Part shown: positions 25,101 through 38,156 of the stretch, piece by piece | Layout: every line of letters begins with the position of its first letter | How positions within the stretch are numbered: the stretch's first letter is position 1 | Program-made: the position numbers and the translations under genes | Notes under the pieces: generated by a model | What the model saw: only the letters and a program-made list of their open reading frames with translations | What the model was told of the DNA's origin: nothing | Database searches by the model: none | Assembly (NCBI GenBank): GCA_036785375.1 | Contig: JAWMAR010000077.1 | Location: 1,426,001-1,490,000, forward strand | DNA: 64,000 nt | DNA from: Leucoraja ocellata | Lineage: Eukaryota | Direction: 5' to 3'

Positions 25101-26580
25101 AAGGCTGTTTCCACGGAGTGGAGAGTTTGCATCCAGGTGCAGAATCGCAGAAAAGGGGTGAGCATTTAGGGTGCACACGATGAGACATTTCTCCATACAA
25201 ACAGTTACACGTATTCGGACATTATCTAAGAGTGCTGTGCATGCTCAGTTATCTTCTGTATTCTAACTTAAGAATAAGGGCTAGGCCATTTAGAACTGAG
25301 ACGAGGAAAAACGTTTTCACACAGAGAGTTGTGAATTCGTGGAAATATCTGCCTCAGAAAGCAGTGGAGGCCGATTCATTGAATGCATTCAAAAGAGAGT
25401 TAGATGGAGCTCCTATGGCTAGGGGAATCAAGTGGTATGGGGAGAAGGCAGGAGCGGGGTATTAATTGTGAATGATCAGCCATGATCACATTGAATCGCG
25501 GTGCTACTCCTGCACCTATTGTCCATGTATGTAACTGGGGTTCATGGGTTTTTGGACAATAATGGAATTGGAAGAAATAGAGATGGGAAGAGGAAATGCA
25601 GATACAGTAGTGCATCAGCCATGGTCCTAGTGTATTTTGGAGCAGGAATGACCCATTCTTTCTTATTTCTACGTTCCTACATTCTGGGGGAATTAGTCGT
25701 GGTACATTAAAATGATATAATTTCACTTTAAGCAATGAGTTGAAGTGGTGTGGAATTCATTAGTTGAAATCAAATGGGAGTGTATTCGATCGTGAAAAGG
25801 GAATTAGATAAGCATAGGAAAGAAAAGTAGTACGTGCTGCGACGATATCTGTGTAAGTGTTTAGAAGTGCCATGTGGAACAAATATTTTACACAACGGCA
25901 AACGGTTATTTTAACTGTTCACAGCATGCCACTTCCTCTGCATTAGCAGATATCTGATTAACCGGCCGCGAAGTTGACAAAACAGGAAATAATGTTCATT
26001 TAATCGTAAACTTTAATCTTCAGCTCTTAGCCTAGTTATCAGATAGGCCATGGTTGAACCTATAGTCTCGCCCATCTTTGTTGTTGTTACTTGAGACTTG
26101 ACATCTTTCTGCCACGAATACCTAACACATTTGTTTATTCTTCTCCTACTTCCTCCCTGCCTCACTCACCCTCCCTTAAAACATGTTAAAACATGGGGAC
26201 ATTAGCGCCATGTCAATATACACTTTTATCTTTAGGCTTTAGTAGGTTATGTTCCAACACCATTGCAGAGACTTGAGTCCCTTTATCCAGGCTGACAATC
26301 TGGGATGGTGCTCATGTGCTACAAGCGACGTCGTCTTTCTGAGCCCCTTTGGTCCACACGTGAACTTAAATAGAGTTCATACTACTACAACCTTTGAGGA
26401 GAGGGAAGTTATTTCGCGTATCGCAGCTAATATTTCAGTATTTATCCCCGTCAACATTCCGAAACAGAACATTTAGTCTGCATCATAATATTGTTTGCGA
26501 GAACTTGCAAAATGGGCGTTGTGCTTTATTTGAAGTGTGACTTCAATAAACATTTAATTATTCTGTTATATTCTGTATAT

Positions 26581-27882
26581 GATAAACAGGGTCTGATTAG
26601 GAACAGTCAACATGGATTTGTGCCTGGAAGGTCATGTTTGACTCATCTTCTTGAATTATTTGAAGAGGTTACTCGGGAAATTGATGAGGGTAAAGCAGTG
26701 GATGTTGTATATATGGACTTCAGTAAGGCCTTTGACAAGGTTCCTCATGGAAGGTTGGTTAAGAAGGTTCAATGGTTGGGTATTAATGGTGGAGTAGCAA
26801 GATGGATTCAACAGTGGCTGAATGGGAGATGCCAGAGAGTAATGGTGGATGGTTGTTTGTCAGGTTGGAGGCCAATTAGTGGGGTGCCACAGGGATCTGT
26901 GTTGGGTCCACTGTTGTTTGTCATATACATCAATGATCTGGATGATGGTGTGGTAAATTGGATTAGTAAGTATGCAGATGATACTGAGATAGGTGGGGTT
27001 GTGGATAATGAAGTAGATTTTCAAAGTCTACAGAGAGATTTATGCCAGTTGGAAGAGTGGGCTGAGGGATGGCAGATGGAGTTTAATGCTGATAAGTGTG
27101 AGGTGCTACATCTTGGCAGGCCAAATCAAAATAGGACGTACATGGTAAATGGTAGGGAATTGAAGAATGCAGGTGAACAGAGGGATCTGGGAATAACTAT
27201 GCACAGTTCCCTGAAAGTGGAATCTCATGTAGATAGGGTGGTAAAGAAAGCTTTTGGTGTGCTGGCCTTTATAAATCAGAGCATTGAGTATAGAAGTTGG
27301 GATGTAATGTTAACATTGTACAAGGCATTGGTGAGGCCAATTCTGGAGTATAGTGTACAATTTTGGTCGCCTAATTATAGGAAGGATGTCAACAAAATAG
27401 AGAGAGTACAGAGGAGATTTATTAGATTGTTGCCTGGGTTTCAGCAACTAAGTTACAGAGAAATGTTGAACAAGTTAGGGCTTTATTCTTTGGAGCGCAG
27501 AAGGTTAAAGGGGGGACATGATAGAGGTCTTTAAAATGATGAGAGGGATAGACAGAGTTGACGTGGATAAGCTTTTCCCACTGAGAGTAGGGAAGATTCA
27601 AACAAGGGGACATGACTTGAGAATTAAGGGACTGAAGTTTAGGGGTAACATGAGGGGGAACTTCTTTACTCAGAGAGTGGTGGCTGTGTGGAATGAGCTT
27701 CCAGTGAAGGTGGTGGAGGCAGGTTCGTTATTATCATTTAAAAGTGGATTGGACGGGAAAGGAATGGAGGGTTTTGGTCTGAGCGCAGGTATATGGGACT
27801 AGGGGAGAATACGTGTTCGGCACGGACCAGAAGGGTCGAGATGGCCTGTTTCCGTGCTGTAATTGTTATATGGTTATATGGT
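26581..27882 (+). mobile_element. 5'-truncated young CR1 LINE
   Basis: RT with YADD, (TATGGTTA)n tail; nearly identical to 54278-55596 with a few indels. Confidence 0.93.
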
Positions 27883-29711
27883 ATTACATAACACACTGGG
27901 TGCCCTAAGATTACGGGATCAACTATAAATAGAGTATAACGTTCACAAATTAAAGCAAACGCGGTGGGGCAGAAGCGTGAGGGAGAGATGAGACTGATTA
28001 AATTATCCATCTGCCAGTCTCGAGAATTGAGCTCAAATCCCACTATGGCCGACATGGAACTTTAATGCAGATTACAAACTGTACTTACAGAAAGAACAAA
28101 AATGTTAGCCTTGCCGATAATGGCACATTTAAAACAAAACGAGCACATAACAACAGCAAGGGAACTAAAAAAAACATTTCCTTCGCTCCATAGATGCTGC
28201 TGCACCCGCTGAGTTTCTCCAGCTTTTTTGTGTAACTAAAAAAGCAATTTGCTTTCACCATCCTCAAATGCTGGGGATTTTGAAGAACTGCTGAAAACAT
28301 TAGCGCTCAACAGAAAGGAAACAGGTTAATGATTATGGTCCGGGCCCATTGATTTTTTGTACCGATATCAAGTAATTTTCAAGTGCACAATAAAATGTGC
28401 AACATTTTGGCCAAATATTTCTGTTAGTTTATTTGCAGAATATGGATTGGGTTGATGAACTAAAGCGAAAGGTATGTTTGAAAAAGTAGTTTGTCCTTCG
28501 AGTTCCACATGAATGAGCAAATTCTAAAGGGTCCATGTTTGGATTTTGTTGATCCGCACGAGTAGGTAATTGAGAGGCATGGGGTGAGATTTGTGTTGAA
28601 TCAGTGATTTCATAGCTTATTGTTAGTTGTTGCGGCTTTAAGATGATTTAAGAGGCCCAGGCTGCAGCTGAAATCAAACGAATGTTTAACAATCCCAAAG
28701 TAAAATTACCCTTTCTCGGAAGCTGACGGCAGTTTGGAAATGGGTTTGTGGCTGTTTTGTTGTGGAGTAAGGTAAAGCTGCAGAGAGCACTAACATGGAG
28801 AAATAACCAATTGCAGGTGCTGGTTAACAGATAAAAAGACATAGTGCTGGAGTAACACAGCAGGATAAAGAAAATGTCCCTAAACAGTACCCACTAAACA
28901 AGTGAACCACTTTCGTTATAATCCGCCGGCTTGGTCTCCCTTGTTTCTCGTGTTCTTGCGCTGCTGTCACTTTGGACATGCATGCCCTTTCCGCGCGTTT
29001 TAATCCCACAGGCAGTCGCCAAATGGCGTTTCAATATCTGGGAGAGTTTTCATTAAATTACCATTTTGACTTTAGATTCATACCAGATTAAAGGTGCACC
29101 TATAGATCACTTTTTTTTTAAGAGCGAGTGCGTCTTTTTGCTGTGATTAATTTGTGTGTAGCATGCAGCTCACGTCAGGGGCGAGTTTCTTGTGAATGCG
29201 CCAATTATTTCCATCCCCGAGTTAACTACATTATAGGAAATATTACATCTCATCGGTGATCGTGGCCCTGGTTATCGTGAAATAACGTGGATAATATGTG
29301 TTTAGTGAGATTTTATTATTTTAAAAATTATATCATATTTTATAACGTTTTGAAATGGGTTGCTTTCTACTTATTCACTCAACGCTTCTATTGATTGTAA
29401 TGATTTCACTTATTTCTTCGTTATAGCAATTTCTATGAGTGCTGTATATCAATGGAGTTCAGAAGACACCGTGGATATTCAACTATAGTTAAAATGTAGA
29501 CCAACTGCGGACTATTACTCCATCATTGAGGATGACCATCCCCGTCCCAATACATACACACACAACGACCAACAGCAACTATACATGAATGCGACAAGAT
29601 GTAGGCCGTTGATATTGTTCCTCGTATTTACTTTAGAACCCTTTAATGCATTGGGCAACAAGGCCATTAAAGATTTGATGGGGGGGGGGGGGCATATGAT
29701 ATGTATGTATA

Positions 29712-29986
29712 TTAATTAAGGGACAGAAGTTTAGGGGTAATATGAGGGGGAACTTCTTTACGCAGAGAGTGGTGGCGGTGTGGGATGAGCTCCCAGTGGA
29801 AGTGGTGGAGGCAGGTTCATTGGTATCATTTAAAAATTAATTGGATAGGCATATGGATGAGAAGGGAATGGAGGGCTATGGTACGAGTGCAGGCAGGTGG
29901 GACTAAGGGGGAAAAAATTTGTTCGGCATGGACTTGTAGGGCCGAGATGGCTTGTTTCCGTGCTGTAATTGTTATATGGTTATATG
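29712..29986 (+). mobile_element. CR1 3' end
   Basis: GNFFTQRVV and the same 3' UTR/tail. Confidence 0.85.
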
Positions 29987-30967
29987 GAATAACTGGTAAA
30001 TGAATCAAAGTAGAGTTGATGGGCATGTGAGAAAAAATAAGTTGCAAGGGAAAAGGGAAATAAGAGCTGGAGAATGGGACATGAGACTGTTCTGTGGGTA
30101 ATTGACATGGATCTGAATGTGTTCCTTTTGTCTTGGAGTGAGTGATCTTACCTCACTGTGAACCTGTTATTTTTCCTTTTATCTCCAGAATATCTACCAT
30201 AATTCTGGTGTCATGACTACCCCCAAATTTACTTGTTCCACTATTACCAACAACAAGATTTATGAGATGTTTCCAGGAACCAAGCGCCTGAGATTGAGTA
30301 AGCTAGGGCTTTATTTTTAGAGTGCACGAGACTTGAGAGTGATCTTATAAAGGTGTATAAAACCATGAGGGGAATAGATAGGATGAATGCACAGAGCCTT
30401 TTCCCTCAAGGTAAGGAAATCAAGTAGAGGGCTGAGAGGGGAAAGATTTGATGGGAACTTGAGCTGATAAAACACTATACTTTAGAATTCCCTCCCTAAA
30501 GGGTACACTAAGGCTATCAAACATGGCTTTTTGACATTGCTGTTCATCATGTAACCTCATATCCCCGTGTCAAAATTGTGCAAAGCTCCCAGGAAGCAGC
30601 TTGACGTGGTTTAAAATGTCAAAGGCCCCATACAAAATACTTTGTGTTGTTATTGAATGATATTATGTTTCCTCAGAAGAACAATACCTGTGCATCCTTA
30701 GTGCGTGAGGCTACTGAAGCAGAATTTATATTTATCTGTGGGGGAGAGGAGTACTTGAGAGCTGGTGACCATTTCTGTTCCTACGATTTTACATGTTCTT
30801 TCACAATGCTCATATATTTTCTAACTCTTGACTGCAGTGGGTCTATTTTAAAACTTGCAAAACTACTTAGATCGGGGAAGGGAAACGATTGTAATTTAAA
30901 TGAGAGCAATTTAAATTGATAATTAATTTAACCTCTCCGTTTCAAGAACAAGACAAACAAACAGCAC

Positions 30968-31409
30968 AGTTACAGAGAAAGGTTGAAATAGTTAGGTCTT
31001 TATTCTTTGGAGCGCAGAAGGTTAAGGGGGGACTTGATAGAGGTTTTTAAAATGATGAGAGGGATAGACAGAGTTGACGTGGATAAGCTTCTCCCACTGA
31101 GAGTAGGGAAGATTCAAACAAGAGGACATGACTTGAGAATTAAGGGACTGAAGTTTAGGGGTAACATGAGGGGGAACTTCTTTACTCAGAGAGTGGTAGC
31201 TGTGTGGAATGAGCTTCCAGTGAAGGTGGTGGAGGCAGGTTCGATTTTATCATTTAAAAATAAATTGGATAGTTATATGGACGGGAAAGGAATGGAGGGT
31301 TATGGTCTGAGTGCAGGTAGATGGGACTAGGGGAGAATACGTGTTCGGCACGGACTAGAAGGGCTGAGATGGCCTGTTTCTGTGCTGTAATTGTTATATG
31401 GTTATATGG
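30968..31409 (+). mobile_element. CR1 3' end, young family
   Basis: ERRRLRGDLIEVFKMM...WD* plus tail. Confidence 0.9.
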
Positions 31410-31727
31410 TATGTGTAGTTGCAATCAAGTGAGTCATTTGAGAAATAACAATGGTGCAGGAGAGTAGCACAAAATAAATTAGGGGCACAAAAAGGCCCAC
31501 GCAATATCCTTGGCAGATACAAACGAGAATCCTAAATCACTCTATGCTTATTAAGACAATGTGATCACCTGCGCTGTGTTGGACAGATATATCTACAACA
31601 GGTAGTTAGGCAGACAGATTCCCATCAGCACCTTTCCCTGATGGTTAGCTCACAATTTGGCTCAGCTCAAGTCCAAGCCAGAGATACACGGCTGTGAAGC
31701 TTACCGGTCGGTTATCCTTGGTTCTGA

Positions 31728-32036
31728 AAACTACTGCTTACGTTTTATTCCCCCAATGAGCCAATGAAATTCACTGGTCAGCACCGGCTACAACCTACGA
31801 GAACCTTCAACTCCTGGCAACCCACTTGCACCACTTGGCGACCCACCTACGGCACGAGAATTCTCGCTACACTCGCTGGCGGCTTCATTCTAGTCGCCAC
31901 TAATTTTTCAACATGTTCCCAGAATGCGGGAACTCCTCACGACCATGAAGGCAACTCCCCGGCAACCACCGCGAACATGTGGTGACTGCATAGTCTCCTG
32001 CAGTCGCCTAAAAAGACGCCTAAGTGGGACAGGCCC
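31728..32036. mobile_element. Partial non-autonomous DNA element (Harbinger-like terminus)
   Basis: Ends in TAAGTGGGACAGGCCC; the other terminus was not found. Confidence 0.4.
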
Positions 32037-32799
32037 ATAATTCTCAATTCCCCAATCTGTGTGCATTCACCCGATGCCCCTTATGATTTTATACACCTCT
32101 ATAAAATCAGCCCGCAGTTTTGTATACTTTGAGGAATAAAGTCCTAGCCTATAACTCAGTCCACTGAGCCCTAACAACATGTTTGGAAATCTTTTCTGCA
32201 TTCTTCAACAAAATGGTATGTTTCCCACAACTGGGTGACTAAAACTAGACACAATACTCCAAGTGAGGTCTTGGTAATGTCTTGTACAACTGCTGTACTT
32301 CTGTAACTTCTGTACTCAATGCCCTTACTGATGAAGGCCAGCATGCCAAAAGCCCTTTTGTGATGTCACTTTCAGGGAATTATGTACTGTTCTTCTAGGT
32401 CCCTCTGTTTCACAACAATTTCCAGACCGTATTGTTCACTGTAAAAGTCCTATCCTGGTTTGACTCCCAAAGTGCAACATCTTGCACTTATCTGAATGAA
32501 ATTCTATTTGTCATTCTTCAGCCCACTTACCCAATTTAGTTTAGAGATACACCAGGTCCGCGCCGACCAGCACATTACACTATCCTGCACCCACTAGTGA
32601 CAATTTTTACATTTACCAAGCCAATTAACCTGCAAACCTGTACGTCTTTGGAGTGTGGGAGGAAACCAAAGATCTCGGAGAAAACCCACGCAGATCTGTA
32701 GTGCATGTAAATAAATAAAGATAATCCATTTACTTCATGAATAAAACAAGCCATAACTTTAGATGCAGGTATTACATACAGCAGCTGAGAACAGATTCT

Positions 32800-35031
32800 G
32801 CATTTGTTGATCGTTTTTAATTCCAACAATTATTTATTAACTAATCTTAAGTGGTCAAACTGTGAGTTTGAAATAGGTGACAGTAATTGTATTTGTGTAG
32901 AATTTGTCCTGGCATCAATTTTTATCAATACTCAATCTTGTTCCCACAGTACAATGCCTATTTGAAAGGCAGCTGACAGGTTAGAAAAATTAAATTAATA
33001 GGTAGAGAGACTAAAAGAATAATCACTGGGCCATGACTTACTGTTAGTTCTGCAAAGGAAGGGATACATTCAGAATATTAACAGAGTTGGAACTTTACCT
33101 TAAAAATATAATTAGAATACAAAACAGTCTGAGGCTGCAGACAGAAAGAGCACGTCAGTTACTAATTAAACAATTACTCAATCATGTTGAACAAAGAGCC
33201 TGCTCTTGAAGTAATTTGTGATAAAACAATTAATGTTCCAATAATCTGAATTAAATTGAAAACAATTCTCAATTGTAATGAAAAATGGATGTTAAAATAT
33301 GAAATATGATGCCAATTCAAAACTATTGGAATAGCCACAAACCAATTTAGTGTGAGTGCAGGAGGCATGAACTGCAACACATTAATATCTCACTGAATCC
33401 ATTCACATTAAATTAGTGATTCACATAATTACACTAGAGCTTTACTGAAAACATTAAACTACGTTAATAAAGTAAAATTATGCATAAATTCACTTCAAAT
33501 TTTAAATGCATTACATTATTTTCTCAATTTTGGACAGACCATTAATTTCATGCAAATACTCTTTAAATGCTTTATATTATCTGCCCACTGTTCTTCTCCA
33601 ATAATAGACTTGCCCCATGATAAGCTATGCTGCAAATTAACACAAACACAATTATCTAGTAAATAGCAATGTTACTAGTTCACTTTCATTGTCTCTTGTG
33701 GCCCTGGAAAAGAATGTGTATCGTTACGAGGTCTTATTTCTAATCAAACTTTTTCAACTATCTCAGAGTCTCAAATAGCTAAAATCTGATGTGAAGTAAA
33801 AACCAGGCTTTACTCCCATCGCCAGCAATAGGCAGCACTCTTAATGAGTGGTGGTTTGGAATTCGAAGACCTGAATGTTGGATACAGATTGTATAGGATT
33901 GTAGGAGGAGATCTAGGTTAAGCCATTTATCTACAGGTCAAAGACAAGCAGGCTTCCTTGGAGTGGGATAGCATGCTCTCTTTGGGCAAGGGAAGTTGGA
34001 AAAGCAGCTGCCTTGCTTGGTGTAGAGGTCAGACAACTTTGGTACAACATCACTGCAACATCTGCAATTAAAAACATTTTCTACAGGTCCAGAATCCTGA
34101 GTGAGGAGCGAGCAACTGCTGCAGGTGCCAAGATGTTTTTTTTTTAATTAGAGAACTATTTAACACTTATAACTGCAAATAATTAAAATGCTATAGAGTT
34201 ATTTAAAAAAACAAACTTCTACAGCTTCAACTATTAAAAAGCAAGAAATTCTCTAAACTGAGGACGGGAATTTTGCACTCTCTTAATCACAAGAGGAGCA
34301 GGGTCACTGAGTGCTCTGTAGAGAGGGCAGTCAGTTAACAGTCTTGTGATAAGTTTCTGTAGAGAATTTGTTGCTATTGACACATGATTAAAAAATAATA
34401 ATCTCCTCACGATGCCTGAAGTTATGACATTCATTAACGCTCTGGGGACATGGGCTGACACACACATGCAGCAGCACTCATGCAATGCTCCTTTTCATAC
34501 ATACCTTTACAAATAAGGCAAAATCTGAAAATAGTTTAGAACACATTATAATTAATATGGTTTTCTGTGTTTGGTCCATTTCATTTAAAATAATGAAAGA
34601 CCAAACAAACATAATCAAGAATCATAGTGCAACACAATGCATAGTGAACAGGCCCTATCTCAGCGGGCAGGTAATTTGATCACACCCTTCAGTAATCTAT
34701 GAATGGTATTTTAAGTAGATTAACACTGAAATTGTTGATTCCAAACAAAAAAGTATATATTGAGAGATAATCTTGTGCAGAATGGATTGCACGATTGATA
34801 CCATTGGTTTAGTAAAGGCAGGATAAAGAAGCCATTTCAGAGATGGCAGACGGGCGGCACAGTAATGAACTCCCAACAGCTGAAGGGTTCTTGAGCACAG
34901 TGAATCACAGACTTCATTCTACAACAAATCTTGCCCAGGAATAATTCAATTGCCAGGCGAATCTTCAAACTCTACTATGTCAGAGATTTCCATTGTTTCT
35001 TTCAATCTGAACTTCATCCATGTGTCCACTG
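32800..35031 (-). other. STARD3NL: Probable non-coding terminal exon / 3' UTR of STARD3NL
   Basis: Strong acceptor TTCTACATTCTCCCTCAG|CAG at 35032-35033; repeat-poor AT-rich stretch; minus-strand AATAAA at 32833-32838. Confidence 0.55.
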
Positions 35032-36743
35032 CTGAGGGAGAATGTAGAAAGAGAATAGAAGAAATCACTTTAGAACAACTTCTACTTGGTTACAAAACAC
35101 CAAAGAGCAACATATATAATCAATGCACTGGGGGGTTGAACTTATATCACCACTGATGCATACAAATGCAAAGTATAATAGTTTCCTTCAGCACCAGAGG
35201 GATTACAATTCTGAATTGCAATATTATGTCTAATACAATGGAGGAGTTATTGGACAATTCAGCATACAGAACCTGCAAACCAGGGTCAAAGGAAAGCATA
35301 TATACTGGACAATAACCACACTAGATTGCAACACTTGCACTGGAAGAGTAGAAGCTAAGGCAGGCAGCAAACACCAAAAGAAATCCCAAAATATTCAACA
35401 GGCAGACACGTCAACTGTAAAAAGCCCTTGCCATGAATTTCCCATGCAATTGTGACACATGTCCCTGCACGTTCTCTTTAACTTCCATCCAGGGCCCTTG
35501 CATCGCCAATGCAGTTGTTGATGTATTGGAAAAAGAACTGAGGGAGTGGGTCCCGAAACAAGACTGCTCCACCAATCCCACAAAGGACAGACAAAGCTTG
35601 AGGTTCACAGGACTAATTCCTGGGATGGTAGAGATAGACACAAAATGCTGGAGTAACTCAACTGGTCAGGCAGCATCTCTGGAGAAAATGGATAGTAATA
35701 TTTTAGTTTCTTGAGACCTAGTGTTGAAGAGGGTGGGGGGGAGAGAGAGGGAGAGCGAAGGACTGGAGGCAAAAGACCAAGCCAAATCAGGGCTGGCACC
35801 AAATAGCCTCAGGAAGGGAGGTTCCCTGATAGGCCAATTGTTGGCTCGAGTAAAGAGGTATACATTGTTGCGAACTTCTAGGGGCAGTGCGATCCTACAA
35901 GGGATACAAGAGGGATACCGCATTTTGTGTCTTTACTTTTTGGTATAAACTACCATCTGCAATTCCTATTTATTGCATTCTGGGATGGCAGAACTGGCTT
36001 TTGAGGACAGATCAAGTGGCTGAGCTTTGTATTCATCAATGAGAATGAGGGGATATAATGGAAACATAACAAATTCTGACAGGATGCATGGGGGCCGATT
36101 CCCCTGGTGGGATACCAAACACGAGTCACACTCTCTGGTTTATTTGACAAGGAATATAGGACTGAAATAAGGAAAAACTTATTCACTCGATGGTGATTAA
36201 CTTCTGGAATATGCCACCACAGATTATATGGAGGCCTAGTTACTAAATATTTCCAGAAACAGGTAGCTTTACAGGCATAAAAAACACATATGGAGGGGTA
36301 TGGGAAGTGCAGGAATATGGAATATGATCAGCCATAATCATACTGAAGAGATCAGGCTTGACGGACCAAATGGCCTATTTCTGCACTTCAAAGAATATTC
36401 AAAGAATCTTCCAATGCCCTTTGAGGACATATGTTTGAAAGGCTATTCAAAATCCATAAGATGTGGTGGAATTTCTTCTCTCAGAGTGTCAAGAACTTTT
36501 GGAATTCTCTGCCGCAGAGAGCTGTGAAGTGGAGTAATTAAATATACTCAAGGTCCATGGAGAAAGAGCAGGACATAGCACCGAGGCTGAAACTGGATTA
36601 GCCATGACCTTACTGAACATCAGAGCAGATTCAAGGCATGGATTGGCCTGGTCCTGTTTCTTAAGTCGTTATGATTTCACAAATTATTGCCTCACCCGTA
36701 TAAATGGGAGACCCCTAGGTTTTAAAGTGATCCCTTGTTCAGT

Positions 36744-36771
36744 CTGAAGAAGGGTCTCGACCCGAAACGTC
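36744..36771 (+). ncRNA. Minimal hammerhead ribozyme-like motif within a Penelope-like repeat (about 36739-36872)
   Basis: CTGAAGA-A-GGGTCTCGACCC-GAAA-CGTC. Confidence 0.6.
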
Positions 36772-38115
36772 GCCTATTTCCTTTGCTCCACAGATGCTGC
36801 CTCACCCACTGAGTTTCTCCAGCATTTTTGTCTACCTTCTATTTTCCAGCATCTGCAGTTCCTTCTTAAACAAACATTGTTCTAGATTAATTGATATGGG
36901 ATTCTAGTCCAGAATGGGATTCTAGTCAAGGGATATGTGGAGAAGGCAGGAACAGGGTACTGATTGTGGATGATCAACCACGGTCACAGTGAATGGCGGT
37001 GCTGGCTCGAAGGGCCGAAAGGGCTTCTCCTGCACCTATTGTCTATCTCTAGAGAAAATCATGTTTCCCTCAAGAAATTGTGCTTCAATTACATCTCATC
37101 TCTCACTTCTAAATTCAGCAGATACAAGTCCATAATCTCCAATGAGGTTTCACACTTAGAGTACATTAAATACCAGTCATTGCAGTAATCATTAAGTTCA
37201 TCCCTGAAGGCATTTTTTAGTTGTGAATCTAAAGCAATAAGATGCGTGGGCTGTGGACCACAACAGGAAATAAAGACAGTTTGTACATTTCGACTAGAAC
37301 ACAACCTAGCAGTCTGGTGTCAGGGGCTTTCAATTCTTTGAAGATATTTGCATACATTCATGGCAACAGTCTATTACCAGGTGCAAACAGTCACATGGAA
37401 AACATCTGGTCTGTATTAGGAACTTCTGTATTAGGAACTATTGAAACACGCATATTCTACTCAGCCCAGTTGAAGTATTAAATTAACTTTCGTGGCGGCC
37501 AGCAGCTGATTTGCTGCTCACCTTAGATAATCCCAGTGGATCAAGGGATTCACCATAAAATTTCAAAGAAAAACTACAAAATTGAGGAAAAACAGAAAAC
37601 GCCAGAAAAAAAATTAAGTCTGGCAGTGTTGGTGGATGAAAGATTCCCCTGACCTGAAACATCCACTCTGTTTTACTATGCAAGTTGCTGCCTGACCTGT
37701 TGAATGTTCTTTGGTACTTTCTGCATTAGTTTCAGATTTCCACATTTGGAGGAGTTTTTGCTTCAAAAACGAATTGAAATGTTCAGCATTATTTCATTCC
37801 AAGAAAATCAATGCATGTGGTCTTGGATGCAGAATTAAAATATCATGCTTGTATATAAGACAGTCAGAATGTCGTAAGGTGGGCCAGAAAGGAGAAAGAA
37901 AAAATATAAATTGGTGGTGGGAAAGCAATAAATAGTGCTTGCAAATAAGAGACCCCTTCAATTCCATCCCAAGATAGATGTGAGGAATATTTCAGGAAGA
38001 CATCTGTCCCACTGAATAATTGTGAAACCATGCTGCTCTCAATCATTGTATTCACTCACGGGCCTGTAGTTGAGCAAAGCAAACAGGAGTCAACAGATGC
38101 ACCATTCCACACCTG

Positions 38116-38156
38116 CTAATGCACTGGATACTCAGAATCATCTTCTTCTTCAGAAT
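38116..38156 (-). CDS. STARD3NL: STARD3NL last coding exon ((D)SEEEDDSEYPVH*); exon likely continues as UTR to a donor at 38060
   Basis: Acceptor TTCTTAATTTGTAG, phase matches the previous exon, acidic tail as in MENTHO; GTGAGT at 38054-38059. Confidence 0.8.
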
